Positions 1 through 6,308 of a stretch of DNA of 10,106 nucleotides are shown here, one piece after another. The notes beneath the pieces are model-generated. The model saw only the letters and a list, made by a program, of their open reading frames with translations, had not been told where the DNA came from and did no database searches. The stretch lies in contig JAWXCN010000186.1 of assembly GCA_034408725.1 (NCBI GenBank), forward strand, positions 1-10,106, in the 5' to 3' direction. Every line of letters starts with the position of its first letter. Position 1 is the stretch's first letter. Source of the stretch: Candidatus Hydrogenedentota bacterium. GTDB lineage: Bacteria; Hydrogenedentota; Hydrogenedentia; Hydrogenedentales; SLHB01. Both the position numbers and the translations under genes were made by a program.

Positions 1-754
1 CCATGGGATCGGCGTCGCCATGATAGATCATGTACGGCGGCAGCGCCCCGGCCGTCACGCGGTAGCGCGGCGAAAGTTCGCGGGCCTTTGCATCAATTTC
101 TTCCTGACTGCGATCACCCACACCGCCCGTAAACAACAGGTTCCCAATCGTCCTGGAATAGTCGGGCTTCTTTCCGCCCCAATCCACAAAATCCGTTGGT
201 GGGAAAAATACGGACACAGCTTTCACGCGCGTATCGACGCGATCCACGTCTTCTTTTGCGTCCGGCTTCGCTTCCTCCGGCGTCACGCTGGCCAGCAAGG
301 CGAGGTGTCCGCCCGCGGATGCGCCCATCATTCCAATGCGATTGGGATCGACGCCGTACTCGGCCGCATGCGCCTTTACCCACCGAATCGAGGATCGCAC
401 GTGCTCGGCCAACTCGTGGCCGGAATATTTCGTGACCGATCCCGGGCGCATCCCGAAAACTACGTACCCGCGCCGCGTGAAAATGTTGAACACCTGGCCG
501 GCCTCGTGGTCTCGCAACTTGCCGCGATCCGAGTGCCATGCGCCGCAGACCACGTCAATGATGCCAAGTCCGTTGGGCGTGCCGGTAGGCCTGAAAATAT
601 CCGCGACGAGACCGGTCCCGTGGACCTCGTCGTACACGACGTTGATCTCGCGAGTATAGGGCAAATCAGTTTGTTGCGCGAACGCCGGGCTCGCAACGGC
701 GAGCCCCAGGAAAAATGCAGGCAGAAAAACTTTCACGGCTAAAGTTCCTTTCAT
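1..754 (-). CDS. Secreted alpha/beta-fold hydrolase (Aes/HSL-like esterase-lipase), 3'-partial (continues past the left window edge)
   Basis: My own translation of the minus strand from ATG at 754 is open to base 1: MKGTLAVKVFLPAFFLGLAVASPAFA|QQTDLPYTREINVVYDEVHGTGLVADIFRPTG...YGVDPNRIGMMGASAGGHLALL...VKAVSVFFPPTDF...LPPYMIYHGDADPM. It shows a signal peptide ending AFA, the nucleophile elbow GASAG (311-325) in the typical DPNRIG..GxSAGGHL context, and an HGDAD acid motif. GGAG RBS at 763-766. Not in the ORF track because its stop lies outside the window. Confidence 0.93.
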   Translation of the reverse strand, partial: MKGTLAVKVFLPAFFLGLAVASPAFAQQTDLPYTREINVVYDEVHGTGLVADIFRPTGTPNGLGIIDVVCGAWHSDRGKLRDHEAGQVFNIFTRRGYVVFGMRPGSVTKYSGHELAEHVRSSIRWVKAHAAEYGVDPNRIGMMGASAGGHLALLASVTPEEAKPDAKEDVDRVDTRVKAVSVFFPPTDFVDWGGKKPDYSRTIGNLLFTGGVGDRSQEEIDAKARELSPRYRVTAGALPPYMIYHGDADPM

Positions 755-809
755 GGAGCAGTCTCCAGTGTATCGACCTAAAACCCACTTAGCGGTTATT
801 CAACTCACA

Positions 810-1220
810 TTATTCCAGTGAAGCGCCTTGATCAATCCAACCAGCAATTATTGCGACATCCGCGGCGGAAAGCATCTCGCCCTTCGGCGGCATTCTTTTT
901 ACCCCGTCCGCACCCTGAACGCGTTGGATGAGATTGCTGGACGCGCTGCTTCCCGCGACTATGCGCGCCCCTTTTGCGCCCGCTTCGATAGCGCTCACGT
1001 GGCTGTCGAGACTGTAACCACCTTTTTTCTTGCCGCTGAGGTGGCAGTCACTGCAATGCACATCGAGAATTGGTTTAACGTCTTTTTGGAACGAAACCAT
1101 ATGCGCGGCGCCTCCGGCCGGTGTTGACGCGGCGATTGCGGCCGGGCCCGCGCCTTGAGGATTGCATCCCGCGAACCCGCAAACAGCCACGCAGCCCAAC
1201 ACATAATGATGCCAATTCAT
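810..1220 (-). CDS. Small lipoprotein with one planctomycete-type cytochrome c domain (monoheme, His/Met)
   Basis: Lipobox-like FAGC (Cys19) and an Ala/Gly/Pro linker, then VSFQKDVKPILDVHCSDCH (CxxCH at 1041-1055), IVAGSSASSNLIQRV, RMPP (probable axial Met) and IIAGWIDQGA, which match the planctomycete cytochrome c domain pattern. The start overlaps the upstream stop (ATGA, 1217-1220). The RBS-like GGAGGG lies inside the upstream gene's end. Confidence 0.9.
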   Translation of the reverse strand: MNWHHYVLGCVAVCGFAGCNPQGAGPAAIAASTPAGGAAHMVSFQKDVKPILDVHCSDCHLSGKKKGGYSLDSHVSAIEAGAKGARIVAGSSASSNLIQRVQGADGVKRMPPKGEMLSAADVAIIAGWIDQGASLE

Positions 1221-2548
1221 CGATTCCCTCCCTCTGGGGTTTTGGTTTCTTCCAGGAGCGTTGGTCCGGGCTGGAACATGCCGGCATACCGCATTGCCGA
1301 TCCGTCCGCCCAGGGTTTATACGTGTTGCAGAAATCTACTCGTTCGCCCAGCGGCGGATGCGACGCGCGAAGAATTTTGATGATCGGGTGCGGGTTGGGA
1401 TATCCGAGGTTGTCTTTATACATCTTCGCAAACGCCGACGCGGCGGCATGGTTGTCCTGCGTTAGTTCGAGACCAAACCGGTCCGCCTCATGTTCCTGGT
1501 GGCGATTGTACGCAAGTGCGAAAGGTTGCAGCACCAGTAAGGCAATGCTGATGAGAAGAATCATAAGCGGATACGAAGCGATATCGGAGAGCTCATTGAA
1601 CCCAATGCGGTTTCCATACCGCCGCAGTATCCATCCCGACGACAAGTGAACAAAATAAAACGCGATCAGATATAACGTCCCGAACACCGCAATGCCAGAA
1701 TACGTGTGCCCGAGGACAAAGTGCCCTATCTCGTGCGCCATCACGTACAAGACTTGTGGTTCGCTCAGCCCCTTGATCGTCGTGTCCCACAGCACGATAC
1801 GCTTGCTGTTGAACATTCCCGTCACGTAGGCGTTGTATGCTTTTGTATCAATGCTCTTGTCAACCTCGAAGACGCGACTCCCTTCAATGCCAGCGCGATC
1901 GGCAACGGCAAGAATTTTCGCCTCGAGTGCCTTGTCCTTCATCGGACCAAAGGTATTGAAAAGCGGATCGATCCAAAGCGGGCTGACCAGCAGTTGAAAC
2001 GCAAAGAACGGATACATCAGCAGTCCCGTGTAAAGCCACCAGCGTTTCGGCGATTTCCGCAGCAGCAAATAGGGTACCCACAGAAACATTGCCGCGGTGA
2101 ACGCCACTACGCCCAGTTGCATTATCGAATCGTATACCCATTTACCAAAGGTCTGATTCGACAGTCCGAAATCGTGCATCCGCACATAGTCGCTGTAAAA
2201 GCTCAACGGCAAATCAATAAGGAAAGTCAGCAGGGTGAACAGGACAACGTATGCCGCAATCACAAAAAACCATTGTTTGCCGATACGTTGCGCCACGGTC
2301 CGCATACGGGCAGACAGACCGGTAAACACGATAACCGCGGGCACGAGCAGTCCCCACAAAGTGCGAAATCCCCACAATGCATTGCCAGTCCGATAGAAAC
2401 GCACCGCTTCATCCGAGGGGGGAGGAAGCATGACGGGCTCAGCTTGCGCGGTCGAGACGTCCCCGGTAGACGTGGCTGCCGGCGCGGTGTCTTCCGCGAA
2501 TACCGGAATAAACAACATAGCGAAAGCGACGATGACCCACCATTTCAT
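1217..2548 (-). CDS. M48 family (Ste24p/CAAX-prenyl-protease-like) integral membrane zinc metallopeptidase
   Basis: HEIGH zinc motif (1721-1735), NAYVTGMFNSKRIVLWDT, EHEADRFG (third ligand region), SHPPLGERV, FGLSNQTFGKW typical of the M48 N-terminal domain, and multiple TM helices. I moved the start from the ORF-track 2737 to ATG 2548 (MKWWVIVAFAMLFIPVFA, signal-like), which follows an AGGGG RBS. This also removes the overlap with the divergent gene. Confidence 0.93.
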   Translation of the reverse strand: MKWWVIVAFAMLFIPVFAEDTAPAATSTGDVSTAQAEPVMLPPPSDEAVRFYRTGNALWGFRTLWGLLVPAVIVFTGLSARMRTVAQRIGKQWFFVIAAYVVLFTLLTFLIDLPLSFYSDYVRMHDFGLSNQTFGKWVYDSIMQLGVVAFTAAMFLWVPYLLLRKSPKRWWLYTGLLMYPFFAFQLLVSPLWIDPLFNTFGPMKDKALEAKILAVADRAGIEGSRVFEVDKSIDTKAYNAYVTGMFNSKRIVLWDTTIKGLSEPQVLYVMAHEIGHFVLGHTYSGIAVFGTLYLIAFYFVHLSSGWILRRYGNRIGFNELSDIASYPLMILLISIALLVLQPFALAYNRHQEHEADRFGLELTQDNHAAASAFAKMYKDNLGYPNPHPIIKILRASHPPLGERVDFCNTYKPWADGSAMRYAGMFQPGPTLLEETKTPEGGNR

Positions 2549-2582
2549 CAGTGTGTACCCCTGGATTCCGCAACCCAGCACT

Positions 2583-2611
2583 ACGCTAACGAAATCTCGT
2601 GGAAAGGTAAA
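2583..2611 (-). promoter_or_regulatory. Possible sigma70-type promoter for the M48 operon
   Basis: Minus strand TTTACC (2611-2606), 17 nt spacer, TAGCGT (2588-2583), about 35 nt upstream of the ATG at 2548. Only a partial consensus match. Confidence 0.3.
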
Positions 2612-2795
2612 GGTGGGCGACACCGGGACGCAAGCGCGCGAGGACGCGCGCCCTCCCTGAAATGACAAAATGGGTCCTGGCGTGAGCTCTTGTAAATCAA
2701 ATAGTGGCCAGTTGTCTCGTTTATTTTGTGCTGGCACAAGCGTCTGTGCGAAACTATCGGGTTTGTATCCAACCCAAAATCACAAGGAGATTCCC

Positions 2796-3872
2796 GTGAA
2801 GACACAAGCAGGCCTTAGTGCCTTGTTTGCGGCTGTCATTGTTTCGTGCTCACCGCTGTTCGCGGCACTGGCACAGGACGACGTGAAAAAAGAGGCAACG
2901 AAAACTGATGCCCCTGCCGCCGCGGCAAAGCCGGCCGCGGGCGAACCAGCGGAAAAGAGTGATGATGTGGCCCCGATAGTATTGGAATCCGATGAAGACA
3001 AATTTTCGTACATGATCGGCGCGGATGTCGGCACCAATATCAAGGGCAATGGCATCCCGCTGGTAAAGGAACGCTTCCTGATGGGCTTCGGGGATATATC
3101 AGGAGGCAAGGAACCGGCTATGACCGATGAAGAAATGATGAAGGTCATCCAGGAATACCAAAAACAGATGGGCGCCGCCCAAGAAGCAAACCCCACTGAA
3201 GGCGCGCCAAAACTCGTCACTGGCGACGAAAAATTCCTGGGCCAGCTTTCCTATATCGTCGGCGCGGATGTGGCCACAAAATTGGGTCAAAACCAGTTGA
3301 CGGTTAATCCGGAAACGTTCTACCGCGCCATCGACGATGTCGCGAATGGACGCAAACCCGCTATGTCGGAAGACGAAATGAAAACGGTCTTCGAGGCCCA
3401 TCAAGCCGCGCAGATGGAAAAGCGGAAAGCAGCAATGGCGAAGAACATCGAGGAAGGCAAATCGTTTCTCGCGGACAACGCGAAGAAGCCCGGCGTAAAG
3501 ACGACCGAAAGCGGCCTGCAATACATTGTCGTCACCGAAGGCGATGGCGCAACACCGAAAGCAACCGACCAGGTGAAAACGCACTACCGCGGCACGCTGC
3601 TAGATGGAACCGAATTCGACAGCTCGTATGCGCGCGAGGAGCCCGCGGTTTTCCCCGTCAATGGCGTAATCAAGGGCTGGACCGAAGCCCTCCAACTCAT
3701 GAAAGTCGGCGACAAGTGGAAGCTGTTCATCCCCTCGGAACTCGCGTACGGTGAGCGCGGCGCGGGCGGCGATATCGGCCCCAACTCCACCCTCATTTTC
3801 GACATCGAACTTCTCGAAGTGGTCGCCCCCGAAGGCGGCGAAGACGGCACGATAAAACTCGATCCAAAATAG
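2796..3872 (+). CDS. fkpA: Exported FKBP-type peptidyl-prolyl cis-trans isomerase (FkpA/Mip/FklB-like) with two tandem N-terminal (FKBP_N) domains
   Basis: Canonical C-terminal FKBP domain (GVKTTESGLQYIV..GDG..P...DQVKTHYRGTLLDGTEFDSSYAR..PAVFPVNGVIKGWTEALQLMKVGDKWKLFIPSELAYGERG...IGPNSTLIFDIELLEV). GTG start at 2796 follows a strong AAGGAG RBS (2784-2789) and gives a signal peptide ending ALA|Q. Two SY.IG-type N-domain repeats are present. The symbol indicates family, not strict orthology. Confidence 0.95.
   Translation: MKTQAGLSALFAAVIVSCSPLFAALAQDDVKKEATKTDAPAAAAKPAAGEPAEKSDDVAPIVLESDEDKFSYMIGADVGTNIKGNGIPLVKERFLMGFGDISGGKEPAMTDEEMMKVIQEYQKQMGAAQEANPTEGAPKLVTGDEKFLGQLSYIVGADVATKLGQNQLTVNPETFYRAIDDVANGRKPAMSEDEMKTVFEAHQAAQMEKRKAAMAKNIEEGKSFLADNAKKPGVKTTESGLQYIVVTEGDGATPKATDQVKTHYRGTLLDGTEFDSSYAREEPAVFPVNGVIKGWTEALQLMKVGDKWKLFIPSELAYGERGAGGDIGPNSTLIFDIELLEVVAPEGGEDGTIKLDPK
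2997..3413 (+). repeat. Intragenic tandem domain duplication (two ~58-aa FKBP_N units, 243-nt period)
   Basis: DKFSYMIGADVGTNIKGN...KEPAMTDEEMMKVIQEYQ (2997-3170) aligns without gaps to GQLSYIVGADVATKLGQN...RKPAMSEDEMKTVFEAHQ (3240-3413), with 19/58 identities by hand count. The 13-mer TCGGCGCGGATGT occurs at 3016 and 3259, and GCTATG at 3117 and 3360; both pairs are 243 nt apart. Confidence 0.9.
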
Positions 3873-3893
3873 TGTGCACGCTATTAGACTTGT

Positions 3894-3930
3894 GGCACTG
3901 CGAGTGATCGCAGTGCCCTTTTTTTTCTTT
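3894..3930 (+). terminator. Rho-independent terminator of the PPIase gene
   Basis: Perfect 10-bp stem GGCACTGCGA/TCGCAGTGCC (3894-3903/3908-3917), GTGA (GNRA) loop, then C and T8CTTT. It begins 21 nt after the stop codon. Confidence 0.93.
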
Positions 3931-3993
3931 CCCAATACGGCTAAAGATTTTGATCAATGCACGATGCGTTCAAGGCCAGATCACCCCGCCTTC

Positions 3994-4002
3994 TGCTATG
4001 AT
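3994..4002 (+). promoter_or_regulatory. Putative extended -10 promoter element
   Basis: TGCTATGAT fits TGnTAnnnT. It lies downstream of the terminator and 25 nt before the proposed ATG at 4028 (AAGGGG RBS at 4015-4020). No good -35 is visible. Confidence 0.5.
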
Positions 4003-4027
4003 GCGCATTGAAGCAAGGGGATTACCG

Positions 4028-6256
4028 ATGACGCCATTTCGACTATTGGTGTGTATTGTGCTTAGCGGTCGCATATGCGCCGTGTCAGCCGCCGTTCCCG
4101 ATGAAGTGTATTTGCAGGAAGTGAGCACGAAAGTTTCCACGACCGAACCGGTCACCGCGATCGCGGTCGCCGGCGGCACGGCCTACGCAGCGACCCCGTC
4201 GGGATTCTTCACTATTTCCGATGGCGCGCTCACGTCAGTGGCCGGACCATCGGGAAAAATTTCACGCCTGAAAACACTGAACGGCGCGCTTTACGTCATC
4301 ACCGATTCGGGGCTCTACCGGCTCGACGCCGGTACATGGAAGCTCCTTGCTGACGGCGCATACGTGGACCTTTGCATGCACCTCGGCGCTGTCTGCGTCG
4401 CCTCCACGAACGAGTTGTTTCGCATCGACGGCGATGCGCTCGCGCCCATCGAATTCAGCAAGGCGAACCAGCCCATTCTCTCGCTCGGTTCTTACAGCGG
4501 CACGCTCTACGTCCTTCACCCTGGCTCCGTCGCCGTGCTCGATCCAATCGTCGCGAAAGGCTACGACCGCGAAAACGTCGCGGATTGGGGCAGGGCAATC
4601 TCCCGCGACACGCGCGACCTCATCGTGCAAGGCAGCCGTCTGTACGTTGCCACGGACCGCGGGCTGGCACAATTGCGCGGCATGGCATGGACCACGATTC
4701 GCGGCGAAGACGGATTACCCTACGAAGACGTGCGCTGTCTGCGCGAAGGGTTCGGCGGCGATCTGTGGATCGGCACTTCGCGCGGCGCGATCCGGCGCAC
4801 GGGCGGCGCATACCATTATTTCAACGCGGACCGTTGGCTGCCGCACACAAAAGTAAACGACATCGCTGTCAGCGACGACACGGCCTACATCGCGACCGAT
4901 GGCGGCGTCGGCATCATCCGGTACGAGCCATACACCCTCGCGAAGAAATCGGCCTACATCGAGCGGTTTCTTGAAGAATGGGGACAGAAGCGGCTCGGCT
5001 TCACCCACAAACTTGAATGGAACTCGGCCGAAAACGCATTTGTGCGCGAAGTTAGCGACAACGACGTCGGCTGGAGCACACACTATCTCACCGCAATGTG
5101 CTTCAAATACGCCGTCACCAAAGACCCGGACGCGCGCAAGGAAGCGCTCGACTTTTTCAAGACTTTACTATGGTCGGAAGAAATCACGGGGTTACCCGGT
5201 TATCCCGCACGATCCGTGTGGGCAGTCGGCGAGCGGGGACATCAGGCGCAACACGGTTCCGGCGGTTTACCCGCGGAATGGCACCCGACCGATGACGGCA
5301 AATGGCAGTGGAAAGGCGACACATCAAGCGACGAAACCGACGCTCACTTCTACGCCGCGCCGATCTTCATCGAACTCGTCGCCAACGACAAGGAACGCGC
5401 GCGCGGCATCGAACATCTCCGCCGCATCGCCGCCCACATCGTCGATCACGGCTGGACCCTGCACGACGTCGATGGCGAGCCCACGCGATGGGCGCGCTGG
5501 GACCCCGAATATCTCCACGGCATGCGAGGTTTTTACGCGCAGGGACTGAACGGCCTGGAAGTCCTGACCTACATGCAAACCACCCTCGCGTTGACTGGCG
5601 ATGCAAAATTCAGTGATGCGAAAAAACAGTTGATGGATTTGGGCTATCACCGGCGCGTGTTGCGGCAAAAACTTACGTTTTCGCCGGGCTTCATTTTCCA
5701 TTCTGATGATCGGCTCGCGTTCTATACCTACTACTCACTGTTAAAGTACGAAACCGATCCCGCGCTCCGCTCCATCTACCTGCGCAGTCTCGAACGAAGC
5801 TGGGAAGTCGAACGCATCGAGCACAACCCGTGGTTTAACTTCATCTACGGCGCGCTCACCGGCAACGATTGCGAAGCGGAAGAAGCAACGGCGCATTTGC
5901 GTGAATGGCCATTGGACATGATCGACTATTCATACACCAATTCGCACCGGACTGATCTCCAAACGCCCGAGGGATATGTCGCATATTCCGGCGGCATCAA
6001 GGCGATTTCGCCGCGCGAACGCGGACCCCAGCGCTGGTCCGACGACACGCTGAATCTCGATGGCGGCAGCGGTGGCGCAAATGTAGTCGATCCCGCGGGC
6101 TGGCTCGACGCGTACTGGATGGGCCGCTACTACGGATACATTGAAGCGCCAACCACAAAAGAATCGTCACTACTAACTGTGCAAAAGCGAAACGAGCTAC
6201 ACGGCGCCGCACCCTACGACGGACCCGAACGCCCACCCCTGAAAGATGATATTTAA
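4028..6256 (+). CDS. Uncharacterised exported protein: N-terminal ~7-bladed beta-propeller (two-component-regulator-propeller-like repeats) plus C-terminal helical, probably enzymatic, domain
   Basis: Long ORF with normal codon usage. The start is placed at ATG 4028 (RBS AAGGGG; signal-like MTPFRLLVCIVLSGRICAVSA). Blade repeats: AYAATPSGF, LYVITDSGL, VCVASTNEL, LYVLHPGSV, LYVATDRGL, LWIGTSRGA, AYIATDGGV, with linkers DGLPYEDVRCL and WLPHTKVNDI. The C-terminal half is Trp/Tyr-rich with acidic motifs SDND, WKGDTSSDE and HSDD. The CDS is secure; the function is not. Confidence 0.85.
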   Translation: MTPFRLLVCIVLSGRICAVSAAVPDEVYLQEVSTKVSTTEPVTAIAVAGGTAYAATPSGFFTISDGALTSVAGPSGKISRLKTLNGALYVITDSGLYRLDAGTWKLLADGAYVDLCMHLGAVCVASTNELFRIDGDALAPIEFSKANQPILSLGSYSGTLYVLHPGSVAVLDPIVAKGYDRENVADWGRAISRDTRDLIVQGSRLYVATDRGLAQLRGMAWTTIRGEDGLPYEDVRCLREGFGGDLWIGTSRGAIRRTGGAYHYFNADRWLPHTKVNDIAVSDDTAYIATDGGVGIIRYEPYTLAKKSAYIERFLEEWGQKRLGFTHKLEWNSAENAFVREVSDNDVGWSTHYLTAMCFKYAVTKDPDARKEALDFFKTLLWSEEITGLPGYPARSVWAVGERGHQAQHGSGGLPAEWHPTDDGKWQWKGDTSSDETDAHFYAAPIFIELVANDKERARGIEHLRRIAAHIVDHGWTLHDVDGEPTRWARWDPEYLHGMRGFYAQGLNGLEVLTYMQTTLALTGDAKFSDAKKQLMDLGYHRRVLRQKLTFSPGFIFHSDDRLAFYTYYSLLKYETDPALRSIYLRSLERSWEVERIEHNPWFNFIYGALTGNDCEAEEATAHLREWPLDMIDYSYTNSHRTDLQTPEGYVAYSGGIKAISPRERGPQRWSDDTLNLDGGSGGANVVDPAGWLDAYWMGRYYGYIEAPTTKESSLLTVQKRNELHGAAPYDGPERPPLKDDI

Positions 6257-6303
6257 GGGGACTGTCACCGGCAGCGCGTTTTTGGCTGCCGGTGGCTGTC
6301 CCC
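6257..6303. terminator. Long inverted repeat filling the gap between convergent genes; probable bidirectional terminator or REP-like palindrome
   Basis: GGGGACTGTCACCGGCAGC (6257-6275), 9-nt loop, GCTGCCGGTGGCTGTCCCC (6285-6303): 17/19 Watson-Crick pairs, one G-U and one mismatch. It starts immediately after the TAA at 6256 and ends 5 nt from the convergent stop at 6309. There is no clear U-tract on either side. Confidence 0.65.
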
Positions 6304-6308
6304 GAAAC

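Noticed and set aside
20-742. 240-aa plus-strand ORF in the track
   Set aside because: It is the antisense shadow of the minus-strand esterase. It has no recognisable motifs and an Arg/His-rich composition typical of shadow frames.
1706-2665. 319-aa plus-strand ORF
   Set aside because: Antisense shadow of the M48 peptidase; no domain features.
2732-2750. Possible sigma54 promoter starting TGGCAC
   Set aside because: The -12 GC is not at the required GG-N10-GC spacing (the sequence reads TGGCACAAGCGTCTG).
2549-2795. N-terminal extensions of the M48 (to 2737) and PPIase (from 2670) ORFs, which would make the genes overlap head-to-head
   Set aside because: Both genes have better downstream starts with an RBS and an immediate signal peptide (2548 and 2796), so the region is intergenic.
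3950-4027. TTG start at 3950 for the large ORF
   Set aside because: ATG 4028 has an RBS, an upstream extended -10 and yields a signal peptide; the extension looks non-coding.
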